DNA of 64,000 bases from Arcobacteraceae bacterium (lineage in GTDB: Bacteria; Campylobacterota; Campylobacteria; Campylobacterales; Arcobacteraceae), in the NCBI GenBank assembly GCA_963662945.1, contig OY759974.1, forward strand, positions 384,001 to 448,000. The letters run 5' to 3'. The notes below the pieces were generated by a model. That model saw only the letters and a list, made by a program, of their open reading frames with translations. It ran no database searches and was not told where the DNA came from. Each line of letters begins with the position of its first letter. Position 1 is the first letter of the stretch. Of the stretch, positions 10,524 to 20,554 are shown piece by piece. Position numbers and translations under genes: made by a program.

Positions 10524-10606
10524 TCGTAATATTTGTAACTTTTAGTATATTAAATTTTTTTATATGTTACTATAGTAAACAGTTTTTAGAAATTTTTTGG
10601 AAATTT

Positions 10607-11788
10607 TTATCTATTTTTTTTCTTATCTAGTATTAGAAATACTAATATTACTAACGATATAAATGAAGTAAAAATCATAAGATAAAAGATATTATCCAAT
10701 CCACCATCATGAAATAAACTTGCTATAAAGCCTATAAATGCTGAGATTGTAAAACCCATAACACCATTTAGTGCAGTAGCAGTAGCACTAATTGTTTTAA
10801 AATGCTCAAGAAGTAAAGATAATACATTAGCAAAAATTAATCCCAATGTTGACACATAAAGTACAAAACCTAGTATCATTATTGGTAAAATATTAAATTT
10901 TGATAAAAAGTATAATGCAATAGCAATACCAATTTGAAAAATAATAGCGTATAAAAATAGTTTAATAGAAGAGTGTCTTTCAAGTAAAATAATATTAAGT
11001 TTTGTTGCCAATATCAGTCCAAAAGCATTAAGACCAAACAATAAAGAAAAATAAATCGTATCTAATTTATAATATTCCATATATATAAAAGAGGATTTTG
11101 TAATAAAGATAAATAAAGCGGAAATTCCAAATCCTCCTGCTAACATAAGCAAAATTGCCTGCTTGTTTTTTAATATTGTTATATAGTTTGTAAATAAATT
11201 CTTTGTTTTTGTTTTAGGAGAAGTTTCAGGTAACTTAGTAATAAAATATAAAAGTAACATAGCATAAATTGATAAAAATATAAAAATAAATTGCCAAGAA
11301 AAAAAATGCAAAATAGTAGCTCCTACAACTGGTGCTACCATTGGTGCAATCATCATCACCATTGAAATCATTGAAAATACTTTAGCTCCTTCTTTCCCAT
11401 GAAAAAGGTCTCGTACAATTGCACTTGTATTTACAACAGCAAAGCCACCTCCAATTGCTTGAAAAAATCTAAATACCCATAATTGTTCTAAACTAGAAGC
11501 AATACTAATCATAAATGAAAATAAAATATAGATACTTAACCCAACAAAAATAAATATTTTTCGTCCATATCTATCAGAAAGTGGTCCTCCAACTAACTGT
11601 CCAAGTGCAAAACCTATAAGATAAATACTAAGTGTTACCTCTATTTGATCAATAGAGGTATAAAAATATTTTGATATTTGTGTAAATGAAGGTAAATATA
11701 CATCAATTGCAAGTGGTGATATAGAGGTTAGCATAGCTAATATAACTATAAAACCCTTTGGTAATGTTTGTTTTGTTTGATAATCCAT
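10607..11788 (-). CDS. Bcr/CflA-family MFS drug efflux transporter
   Basis: PLAIDVYLP, GPLSDRYGRK motif A, LPET; about 12 TM segments. Confidence 0.9.
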   Translation of the reverse strand: MDYQTKQTLPKGFIVILAMLTSISPLAIDVYLPSFTQISKYFYTSIDQIEVTLSIYLIGFALGQLVGGPLSDRYGRKIFIFVGLSIYILFSFMISIASSLEQLWVFRFFQAIGGGFAVVNTSAIVRDLFHGKEGAKVFSMISMVMMIAPMVAPVVGATILHFFSWQFIFIFLSIYAMLLLYFITKLPETSPKTKTKNLFTNYITILKNKQAILLMLAGGFGISALFIFITKSSFIYMEYYKLDTIYFSLLFGLNAFGLILATKLNIILLERHSSIKLFLYAIIFQIGIAIALYFLSKFNILPIMILGFVLYVSTLGLIFANVLSLLLEHFKTISATATALNGVMGFTISAFIGFIASLFHDGGLDNIFYLMIFTSFISLVILVFLILDKKKNR

Positions 11789-11834
11789 TTGGGATTATAA
11801 CTTATAATCAATTAATTACAATATGAAAAAACTA

Positions 11835-12317
11835 TTACTCTTTTATAATTGCAATTAATTTATAAGGAGATATTTTATTTGCTTTTGCTAATTGATTTAA
11901 AGAGGCTTCTTCTTTTAATATAATATTTGCATTTTTTAATTTCAATTCAAAAACTTCCATATCTAATCCTAAAACACCAATAGAATCTTCAAGTGGTGCA
12001 TTTAATACTGATTGAATAATTATCCCTTTTGGATTTGGTCCTGTTGGTGCATTAGATGTGAAACCTACAACTACTCCCATTGCGACAATAACTGATAATA
12101 AAAAAACTTTTTTTGAAAAATAATTTTTCATACTTTTCCAATTAAAAAATACATGAAAAAATACGATACCTACAAATACTAAACCAAGAGTCTCATGCAT
12201 CTCTTTTACATAGTTATCGAAAAAGTGAAAAAACATCATAATTCCACTTACACCAACAACAGCAAATCCTAATGTTGTAAGTGATGTTGCCATATCTCTT
12301 GTAATAATTTTCTTCAT
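11835..12317 (-). CDS. DUF4405-like membrane protein (His-containing, cytochrome b-like)
   Basis: Three TM segments with H-E..G and FH..NW pattern; AAGGA RBS favours ATG 12317. Confidence 0.7.
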   Translation of the reverse strand: MKKIITRDMATSLTTLGFAVVGVSGIMMFFHFFDNYVKEMHETLGLVFVGIVFFHVFFNWKSMKNYFSKKVFLLSVIVAMGVVVGFTSNAPTGPNPKGIIIQSVLNAPLEDSIGVLGLDMEVFELKLKNANIILKEEASLNQLAKANKISPYKLIAIIKE

Positions 12318-12428
12318 TTCTAGTCCTTTAATTTTCAAAATTATAGATAAATTAAATTAATCATTGTTTAACCAAATATAAATGAAAAGTACTTATTTTT
12401 TTGATATAATATTTTGTAATAAAAAAGG

Positions 12429-12731
12429 ATGGAAAATATGAGAATAAAAGCGACATTAAAAAATGGTATTACAACAGTAAAAGTAATGGCAAAACATATT
12501 ATGCTTAGCCAAACAGAAGCTAAAAGATTAGGAAAAACTGCAAATTATATTACCACTATTATTGGTACAGTAAATGATACAATTGTATTTGAAGCAAGTA
12601 CAAGCCAAACTTTATCAAGAGACCCTTATGTAAAATTTAAATTCGCAAATGCTAAAAAAGGTGATACATTAAAAATGTACTGGAAAGATTTATTAGGGAA
12701 TGAAAAAACAGATACGGCTGTAATCAAATAG
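12429..12731 (+). CDS. soxZ: SoxZ-like sulfur carrier subunit (no adjacent soxY)
   Basis: MRIKA..K.G...VK.MAKH.M, FEASTSQ.LS.DPY.KFKF, W.D..G pattern of epsilonproteobacterial SoxZ. Confidence 0.8.
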   Translation: MENMRIKATLKNGITTVKVMAKHIMLSQTEAKRLGKTANYITTIIGTVNDTIVFEASTSQTLSRDPYVKFKFANAKKGDTLKMYWKDLLGNEKTDTAVIK

Positions 12732-12751
12732 ATTTCTATTTGATTACAACA

Positions 12752-12976
12752 TTAATCTTTAATAAATAATGCCACAACTTTTCGAACTTGTGGTACTACT
12801 ATAAAAATCGTTGGAAATGCTACTAAAAATGCTTTCCAATATGCCTCTAGCCAATACCAAAATATCCCTTCAACAAATCCAATGTTTATCAAAGTTACAA
12901 TAAAACTCATAAATCCAGCCATAAAAGCTGCCATAAAAAATGCAAATAATACAAATTCATATTTTTTATTTATCAT
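12752..12976 (-). CDS. DUF2798-family small membrane protein
   Basis: F.FFM..FM..FMS..VT..N.G / W..AF.VAFP pattern; AAGGAGG RBS before ATG 12976. Confidence 0.8.
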   Translation of the reverse strand: MINKKYEFVLFAFFMAAFMAGFMSFIVTLINIGFVEGIFWYWLEAYWKAFLVAFPTIFIVVPQVRKVVALFIKD

Positions 12977-13058
12977 ACAATCCTCCTTCATCGGTGCTCT
13001 TTTAATCGCACATCGATTGCGGTTCCAGTTCTTAAAGAGTGAAACTATTCACTGTTTA

Positions 13059-16000
13059 TTAACGAACTTCACCTTTCTCATAAAATTTTCGTAAATATCT
13101 ATCAACAGGATAGATAAACTTATACATTGCAGGTACTACAAGTAATGTCAATATTGTAGAACTTACAAGCCCTCCAATAATCGCCAATGCCATAGGTGAA
13201 TTTGATTCACTTCCCGCACCCGTTCCAAACGCCAGTGGTGCCATAGCCCCAATCATTGCAAATGTTGTCATCAAAATTGGTCGAAGTCTTTTTTCTCCTG
13301 CTTCAAGAAGTGCCTCATCTACAGTTTGTCCCTCTTCGATTGCCTTGTTTGCAAAATCTACAACTAAAATCGCATTTTTCCCAACCATACCTAAAAGTAA
13401 GATTATACCAATCATAACAAATAAACTAAAACTATTTCCACTTAAATATAAAGCTACCATCACACCTGTAAATGATAGAGGCATAGAAACCATAATAATC
13501 AAAGGTTGTAAAAATGATTCATATAATGCTGCTAAAATAAGATAAATTAAAATAACAGCTAAGAGTACAGCACCACCAAATGCAGCTGCTGTATCTGCCA
13601 TATTTTCTATATCTCCTGTATATCTATAGTTATATCCTTGTGGCAACAGTTCTTTTATATTTGTATCGATTGCTGTCACAACATTATTTAAACTATCTCC
13701 AAACAATCCAGCAGTTACGAGAACTTTTCTTTCTCTATCAAATCTATTAATAGAAGCTGTTGTGGTATCTTCTTCAAAAGTTACAAGTCCCTCTAACGAT
13801 ACAAATTCTCCATTTTTTGCTCGCACTTGTAGTTTTTTCATATCTTCAATTGATTTTCTATACTGATCTTCAAATCGAAGTGTTATATCAAACTGTCTCC
13901 CTTTCTCTTCATAAAAAGAGATCGCGCTATCACTACTATATGCACTTGATAATATTCCAGCTATCTCATTTGCACTTACCCCTGCAACTTGTGTATTTTG
14001 TCTTTTTATATTGATTTTGATTTGGGGTTTTCCACTTTCATAATCTCTATCAATATTTACTAAACCTTTTGTATTTTTTAACATCTCCATAACTTTTGCA
14101 GTAGTTTTTTCTAATACATCAAGGTCATCCCCTGTAATAACTATCTGAACTGGTGCATTAGAACTTCCAGTATCAAAAGGTGGTAAATCTTCAACAGTGA
14201 TAGTCATATCTTTAATTGATTTAAACTCATTTGTATATTTGACTACCATATCCTCTTGTGAAATACCCACTCGTTGCTCTTTTGGTTTCATCTTTACATA
14301 TATTTTTGCTTTATGTATCTCTTTTGCACTATTGTACCCTATGGAGATGACACTATATTCAACCGCATTGTCTTTTTCTATTTTATCTACGAGTGGTTGT
14401 AAGTTTTTTTTCATATTTTCTAAGCTTGTACCAACTGGTGCTTTGATAAATACTTGAAACTCGCTATTATCTTCCATTGGCATAAAGTCCATACCAACTG
14501 TAAGTTTTGTAGAAGCTACAAGTAAACCAATTGTTAAAACAATCGTCAATGTTTTAAATCGCAAAAGCTGTTTTAAAATTGAAACATAGGTTTTATCTAG
14601 TTTTACAAAAAATGGCTCTGTAAAATGATAAAACTTACTTTCACTAGCATTTAAAACCCGCGCACCAACAGTAGGTATAAACATAACAGCAACTAAGTAA
14701 GATAGAACAATACCAGCTGCAACAGTCATAGCAAAAGAGTTAAAAAACATCCCAACTATCCCATCCATAAAAGCAACAGGAATAAATACAGCTAAAAGTA
14801 CAGATGATATAGCTAAAATAGAAAATGCAACCTCTTTTATCCCTTCAACTGAAGCTAAAAAAGGTTCCATTCCTTGTTCTAATTTTTTTGTAATATTTTC
14901 AATAACAACAATAGCATCATCAATAAAAATACCAATAGCCAAAGTAAGTCCAATCAAAGTCAAACGATTTAAATCATATCCCAACCAATCAATTATGGCA
15001 AAAGTTCCTATAATAGATGTAGGAATTGCCAAAGCTGAAACGAATGTAGCTGTAAAGTTTCGTAAAAAGAAAAATACAATGATAATCGCCAAAATAGAGC
15101 CATAGATTAAGTCAAAGGTTACATTGTTGATATTTACCATAATTTTGTCACTTTGATCTTGGAGTAGCTGGATATTATAATCTTCACCTGCGATAGCTTC
15201 CAGTCTAGGTAAAATCTTTTTCACCTCTTTAATTATATTTAGTACATTTTCTCCAGAGATTTTTTTTACCTCAAGCATAACACCTTGGTTACCATTAAAC
15301 GAAGAAAAACTACTGCTATCACTTAAGCCATCTTCTATTTTTGCAATATCTCGTAACTTCACTCCTGGTTTAATAAGTATATTTGATAACTCTTCAACAC
15401 TTAATGCATCTGCCTCAACCTTTACAACAATCTCCTGATTGTCATTAATAAGTTTTCCAGCACCTTGTGAGATGTTTTGGCTACTTATAATTTGTTGTAG
15501 TTCATAAGGAGTTAAATTATACTTATTCAGTAAAAAAGGATTAATATAAATTCGTATCTCTCTATCTTGATACCCTACAATATTTACTTCCCCTACCCCT
15601 TGTATTCTTTGAAGTTTAGGTTTAAGTTTTTCATCAGCTAGTCTCATCAATGCTGTTGAATCACCTTTTTTTGTAGATACAAAAAGTGAGATAACAGCTC
15701 CTGTAGCTCCAAGTTTTTTTACCACTGGTTTTTCTGCTTCATCTGGTAGAATAAGTGAGCCAATCTTATCTCTAACATCATTAGTTGCTACATCTAAGTC
15801 CTTAAAAAGTTCAAATTGAACAGTAACAACACTAAAACCATCATAACTGTTTGACATAAGTTTATCAATACCATCTATACCACTCACAACCTCTTCAATT
15901 TTATCTGTGATTTTAGTTTCTACTGTACTTGCATCTGCTCCATTATAAGCTGTTTGTATAGTCACAACGGGAAAATCAACATTTGGAAAAAGATTTATTG

Positions 16001-16091
16001 GCATAGTTTTATAGGAGATAAGTCCAAAAACTATAAATGTTAATACACCCATCAGTGTTGTTATGGGTCTATTGATAGCAAATTTATACAT
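13059..16091 (-). CDS. RND efflux permease, HefC-like
   Basis: MYKFAINRPITTLM start resembles H. pylori HefC; GIFIDDAIVVIEN, KNAILVVDF, RLRPILMTT. Confidence 0.93.
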   Translation of the reverse strand: MYKFAINRPITTLMGVLTFIVFGLISYKTMPINLFPNVDFPVVTIQTAYNGADASTVETKITDKIEEVVSGIDGIDKLMSNSYDGFSVVTVQFELFKDLDVATNDVRDKIGSLILPDEAEKPVVKKLGATGAVISLFVSTKKGDSTALMRLADEKLKPKLQRIQGVGEVNIVGYQDREIRIYINPFLLNKYNLTPYELQQIISSQNISQGAGKLINDNQEIVVKVEADALSVEELSNILIKPGVKLRDIAKIEDGLSDSSSFSSFNGNQGVMLEVKKISGENVLNIIKEVKKILPRLEAIAGEDYNIQLLQDQSDKIMVNINNVTFDLIYGSILAIIIVFFFLRNFTATFVSALAIPTSIIGTFAIIDWLGYDLNRLTLIGLTLAIGIFIDDAIVVIENITKKLEQGMEPFLASVEGIKEVAFSILAISSVLLAVFIPVAFMDGIVGMFFNSFAMTVAAGIVLSYLVAVMFIPTVGARVLNASESKFYHFTEPFFVKLDKTYVSILKQLLRFKTLTIVLTIGLLVASTKLTVGMDFMPMEDNSEFQVFIKAPVGTSLENMKKNLQPLVDKIEKDNAVEYSVISIGYNSAKEIHKAKIYVKMKPKEQRVGISQEDMVVKYTNEFKSIKDMTITVEDLPPFDTGSSNAPVQIVITGDDLDVLEKTTAKVMEMLKNTKGLVNIDRDYESGKPQIKINIKRQNTQVAGVSANEIAGILSSAYSSDSAISFYEEKGRQFDITLRFEDQYRKSIEDMKKLQVRAKNGEFVSLEGLVTFEEDTTTASINRFDRERKVLVTAGLFGDSLNNVVTAIDTNIKELLPQGYNYRYTGDIENMADTAAAFGGAVLLAVILIYLILAALYESFLQPLIIMVSMPLSFTGVMVALYLSGNSFSLFVMIGIILLLGMVGKNAILVVDFANKAIEEGQTVDEALLEAGEKRLRPILMTTFAMIGAMAPLAFGTGAGSESNSPMALAIIGGLVSSTILTLLVVPAMYKFIYPVDRYLRKFYEKGEVR

Positions 16092-16710
16092 TGCTTTCCT
16101 TTTTTTGTTCTTCTTTTTGATCTAATAAATCATCAAAGTTTAATCTTTGATTTTCTATTTCATCTCTATATTTTATATAATCTCCAAAGTCAAAGAAATT
16201 ATCATATCTTGAATGTTTGTCTTTTAGAGGTTTTGAGTGTTTTATAGGACACCAAAACTGTTCAGTCCTTGCCGCAATTTCCCTTACATACGCAACAACT
16301 CCATTAAAATATTCACAATACCAACAATTTATTTTTTGCACTCTATCAAGGTAAAATAAATTATATCTATCCATTATTACATATTCTTTTCTTTTCACTT
16401 TTGGTATTTTATAAATAGGAAAACAAATAGCTTGATAAATAGTTACAAAAATATCTGTGATAACTATAGGAATAATCATACCCCAAATAAAAGGAATAGT
16501 AAGTATTACTCCTAATGGAAAAGATGAAAGATATTGGATAGAACTTATTATTTTAGACTTCCCCTCTTTGATTACCCTTTCTTGAAACTTTGCTTTTTCA
16601 TTTTCAATTGTATAAAAAAATTGCTCTTCTTTTTTCTTAAATTCTTCAAGAAGTTCATCTTCCAGTACTTTAATTTGAGATATTATGTCCTCTATTTTTT
16701 TATTTTCCAT
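16084..16710 (-). CDS. Hypothetical membrane protein with CWYC and WCPIKH motifs
   Basis: Overlaps neighbours at both ends (coupled); one hydrophobic hairpin followed by a Cys/His cluster. Confidence 0.75.
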   Translation of the reverse strand: MENKKIEDIISQIKVLEDELLEEFKKKEEQFFYTIENEKAKFQERVIKEGKSKIISSIQYLSSFPLGVILTIPFIWGMIIPIVITDIFVTIYQAICFPIYKIPKVKRKEYVIMDRYNLFYLDRVQKINCWYCEYFNGVVAYVREIAARTEQFWCPIKHSKPLKDKHSRYDNFFDFGDYIKYRDEIENQRLNFDDLLDQKEEQKKESNV

Positions 16711-17743
16711 TTTTATTTATGTCCTTTTTAATATTTTCTTCTATTATACTATCACTTATAAATATTGATATCCAACGATATTTTTCACTACTATCAAATC
16801 CTATTTTTATAATAATTGTTAAAGGTACAGCTAAAAACATACCAATAGGACCAAAAATCCATCCCCAAACTATCATAGAAATAAAGATGATAAAGGTTGA
16901 TAATCCAACATTTTTACCCATAATCTTAGGTTCAATAAAATTACTAATAACTATATTTATAACCAAATACAAAAACATAATTAAAAGTGTATCTACCATA
17001 TTCAACTGTAATAAGGCAATTAACAATGCTGGAATTGCTGCAATTATTGAACCAATGCTTGGTATAAAGTTTAATAAAAATGCTATTATTCCAAAAAGCA
17101 ATGCATATTCCAGATTAAAAAAAGACAACATTATCCAAATAAGTAATCCTGTAGCAAAAGAAGTAAATGTTTTAGTTATAAAATATGTATTTACATTATT
17201 TAAAAACTCATTTAATCTGTTTTGATTCTCTTCATTAATTAATAATATTAATTTTTTTTCAAATAAAGATAATTCTAAAAAAAGAAACATTACGATCAAA
17301 ATAGTTATAAAACTATTTGTCAAAATATTACCCATATTTTTTAAAAACAATGCCGTATAGTTTATAATTTTAGTAGGTTCAAATAAACTAACTATCTTAC
17401 TCTTTTCCAAAGGGATACCAAGTTGTTCAAACAAACTAGTAATTTTAGGCGTAATTTCATGAAATTTATTTTGATACATTCCTATATTTGAACTTATATC
17501 CTCTACTGAAGATATTAAGAAAGTACTTATAAAAAATAAAATTACAACCATTAAACCAAAAACAATAATAGTGGTTAAAACATCAGGTAATCCTGACAAT
17601 CGTAATCTATTTGCCAAAGGAAGAAATAATACAAATAAAAAAATTGCCATTAAAAATGGTAAAACGATAGTACTCGCCATCTTTAATCCAGCAATTATTA
17701 TAATAAGATAAGCCAATGATTGTAAAATAGTTTTATTACCCAT
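16700..17743 (-). CDS. AI-2E family transporter
   Basis: LNFIPSIGS, NFIEPKIMG, WGWIFGPIGMFLAVPLT. Confidence 0.92.
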   Translation of the reverse strand: MGNKTILQSLAYLIIIIAGLKMASTIVLPFLMAIFLFVLFLPLANRLRLSGLPDVLTTIIVFGLMVVILFFISTFLISSVEDISSNIGMYQNKFHEITPKITSLFEQLGIPLEKSKIVSLFEPTKIINYTALFLKNMGNILTNSFITILIVMFLFLELSLFEKKLILLINEENQNRLNEFLNNVNTYFITKTFTSFATGLLIWIMLSFFNLEYALLFGIIAFLLNFIPSIGSIIAAIPALLIALLQLNMVDTLLIMFLYLVINIVISNFIEPKIMGKNVGLSTFIIFISMIVWGWIFGPIGMFLAVPLTIIIKIGFDSSEKYRWISIFISDSIIEENIKKDINKNGK

Positions 17744-18365
17744 TTTTTTTCCTTTTATCTGGTCTTAGATAGCCATATAAGCAAAGTGCAACTATAGCCC
17801 CAATTGTATTTGCCAACATATCTTTTTGAGCATCCCAGTTATCACCTTGTGAACCTAAAAACTCTATTCCTGTATTGCCACCTTCAAACTGGGCATATAT
17901 CCATTCAACTATCTCATAACCACAAGCGATACTCATGATAAAAAAAAGTGCAAAAAAGATTGCTGTTATGTGATTTGTGTCTCTTTTTTTTATCATAAAT
18001 TCTGCTATGGGATACGCATATAAACCAACTAAAAAATGCCCTATTCTATCATAATGATTTCTTTGAAAATCGAAAAGCTGTGTGATAAAATCAAAAGGAA
18101 CATTTGCAAAAGTATAGTGTGCTCCAATTGTATGCCAAATCAAACCAATACTGATTAAAGTATATGACAAGTTTGTAAACCTAAATCTATCAAAAGTAAC
18201 TAATAACAATAAAAAAATACCAACTACTGGTAAAATTTCTACAATCCATACAGCTCTATCTATTGGTTCAATTGCCAATATAATAAAAAATACAAAAAGC
18301 AATAGTGCTAATATATGGGGATAATATTTTTTCTCATAATTTACTGTTTGCAATAGTTTTTCCAA
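17736..18365 (-). CDS. DUF2238 membrane protein (start uncertain)
   Basis: GAHYTFANVP, RNHYDRIGH, FLGSQGDNWDAQKDM. Confidence 0.85.
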   Translation of the reverse strand: MEKLLQTVNYEKKYYPHILALLLFVFFIILAIEPIDRAVWIVEILPVVGIFLLLLVTFDRFRFTNLSYTLISIGLIWHTIGAHYTFANVPFDFITQLFDFQRNHYDRIGHFLVGLYAYPIAEFMIKKRDTNHITAIFFALFFIMSIACGYEIVEWIYAQFEGGNTGIEFLGSQGDNWDAQKDMLANTIGAIVALCLYGYLRPDKRKKNG

Positions 18366-19236
18366 TCTCTATCATTTTATACCCTTGAGTAAATTCATAA
18401 AATTCACAACTACCCCTTGGTATATCAATCATTATATCTGTATTATAGTTCTGAATATAATACTTTGATAAAATAGTTTGTGCTGTATCTAATGTTCTAC
18501 TCAATACAAAAGGTATATTTGGTTCCACAATATTTTCCTCTTTTGTTTTTTTAGAGGGTAAAATATCAAAAAACTGCCTAGGTATATGAGACTTGGCTTC
18601 TTCGAAAAAAGTTTTTACTTTACTGTACAATAATTCTTCTCTTGTTTTTTGTTCATCAGGAACTTTAATAGTATATTTATTCTCTATATTAGCATCAAGA
18701 TTGACTGCAATTATCAAATCTTCATTATTTTCTTCTATTGTATTGATTGGTAAGGGATTTAAAACTCCACCATCAACTAATATCATATCATTTTGAACTA
18801 TAGGAGAAAAAATTGTTGGTATTGATACTGAGGCTCTAATTGCATCAACCAATTTTCCTTTTGTAAATAAAACCTCTTTTTGTGTATTAATATCTGTTGC
18901 AACTGCTATATATTTTATATCTAAATCTTCTATATTAACATCACCAATCATTGTAGCAATCTTATCAAATACTTTTTGAGCATCGACTAAACCTCCACTC
19001 ATTGAAGAAAAACTAATAAGTTTAAAAATATCAAAATAATCTAAAGTTAATATCCATTGTTTAAATTCATCTAGTTTACCAGCGGCATAAAGTCCACCTA
19101 TTAAAGCACCCATAGATGAACCTGAGATAGCATTTATTTCATAACCTTTTTCTTGAAGTATCTCTATTACACCAATGTGAGCATACCCTCTTGCTCCACC
19201 ACTTCCTAATACTAAAGACACTTTTCTATTTAACAT
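18334..19236 (-). CDS. Patatin-like phospholipase (RssA-like)
   Basis: GSGGARG oxyanion loop, GSSMG nucleophile, DGG. Confidence 0.93.
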   Translation of the reverse strand: MLNRKVSLVLGSGGARGYAHIGVIEILQEKGYEINAISGSSMGALIGGLYAAGKLDEFKQWILTLDYFDIFKLISFSSMSGGLVDAQKVFDKIATMIGDVNIEDLDIKYIAVATDINTQKEVLFTKGKLVDAIRASVSIPTIFSPIVQNDMILVDGGVLNPLPINTIEENNEDLIIAVNLDANIENKYTIKVPDEQKTREELLYSKVKTFFEEAKSHIPRQFFDILPSKKTKEENIVEPNIPFVLSRTLDTAQTILSKYYIQNYNTDIMIDIPRGSCEFYEFTQGYKMIEIGKTIANSKL

Positions 19237-19340
19237 CTTAAAGGCTACCTTTGTTAATATTTATTTATGATTATATACTATAACTATTAAACATAAACGA
19301 CTATTAATAATTTAACAATTTAAGCTGTTAATCAGCAAAT

Positions 19341-19379
19341 TGATACTATCATTCCCGTAAATGACTCAGAGTCATTCAT
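19341..19379 (+). promoter_or_regulatory. Extended -10 (TGATACTAT) followed by palindromic operator AATGACTCAGAGTCATT
   Basis: Perfect 8-1-8 inverted repeat at 19360-19376; near-identical site upstream of the TetR gene. Confidence 0.7.
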
Positions 19380-19423
19380 AATTATAACCAACAATAAATA
19401 AAATTAAAGAGTCAAGGAAAACT

Positions 19424-20545
19424 ATGCAAAAGTTCACAAAATCAATTATTGTAACAGTAGCTACACTGCTTGTGATGCCAACTATTAGCTTCTCAGCTGA
19501 ACCAGCAAAAAAAATGCCAGCACCAAAAGCAGATGTATATGTTATACCTCAAGCACAAGATTTACCAATCGTTTTGAAGTATCCAGCCCAAATTAAATCA
19601 TTTCAAAATATTAAAGTTGTTTCGAGAGTTTTAGGTGTTTTAGAGAGTAAACATTTTACAGAAGGACAAAAAGTAAATCAAGGTGATTTATTATATAAAA
19701 TAGAAGATGATGTTTATAAAGCTAGAGTAGATGCAGCTGCAGCTTCTGTTGAAATGAATAAAGCATCAATGAATAATGCTTCAAGAAATTGGGAAAGAAT
19801 TAAAAGACTTTATAAATCAAGATCAGTTAGTGATGAAAAAAGAGATGATGCTTTATCTGCTTTTGAACAAGCAACTGCTTCATATACAATGGCAAAAGCA
19901 CAGTTAGCCCAAGCAAAAATTGACTTTGACTTTACGAGTGTTAAAGCTCCAATCAGTGGGATTGTTGGATTAAAAAAAGTTGATATTGGAGATTTAGTTA
20001 CAAATAATCCTCCACAAGAACTTACTACAATAACACAAAACGAGAAAGTATTTATAGATTTTTCTATGCCTTTAAGTGATTATAAAAATATTAAAAACAA
20101 TTTATGGTCATTACCTGAAGATAATAAAATTAAAGTAAATATAGAAATAAACAATAAACCAACTACATACAATGGTATTATAGACTTTATAGATGTAAAT
20201 ATAAATCAAAATACTTCAACAGTAAAAATGAGAGCTATTGTTGATAATAATGATAATTTTTTAATGCCAGGAAATTTTATAAGAGTAGTTCTTAATGATA
20301 TCGTACAAAAAAACGTTATCACTATACCACAAAAAGCTGTTTTACAAAATCCTATGGGAACTATTGTATTTGTAGAAAATGGTGGAAAAGTTGGAGTTAA
20401 ACCTGTAATGATAGGAAAAGAAACAGGTGATAAATATGTTGTAGCTGGTGGACCACTTCAAAGTGGCGATAGAGTAATTGTAAATAATTTCTTTAGAGTA
20501 AAACCAGGTGCTGATGTTGTTGTAGACAAAATAATTAATAAATAA
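19424..20545 (+). CDS. RND efflux periplasmic adaptor (MFP)
   Basis: EGQKVNQGDLLYKI lipoyl half, VKAPISGIVG, upstream of an RND permease. Confidence 0.92.
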   Translation: MQKFTKSIIVTVATLLVMPTISFSAEPAKKMPAPKADVYVIPQAQDLPIVLKYPAQIKSFQNIKVVSRVLGVLESKHFTEGQKVNQGDLLYKIEDDVYKARVDAAAASVEMNKASMNNASRNWERIKRLYKSRSVSDEKRDDALSAFEQATASYTMAKAQLAQAKIDFDFTSVKAPISGIVGLKKVDIGDLVTNNPPQELTTITQNEKVFIDFSMPLSDYKNIKNNLWSLPEDNKIKVNIEINNKPTTYNGIIDFIDVNINQNTSTVKMRAIVDNNDNFLMPGNFIRVVLNDIVQKNVITIPQKAVLQNPMGTIVFVENGGKVGVKPVMIGKETGDKYVVAGGPLQSGDRVIVNNFFRVKPGADVVVDKIINK

Positions 20546-20554
20546 GGTAACTAG

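Noticed and set aside
12977-13058. Fluoride or guanidine riboswitch call for the structured spacer
   Set aside because: Only fragmentary similarity (AACCGC...GATGA); the conserved cores are missing. Kept only as an unassigned structured element.
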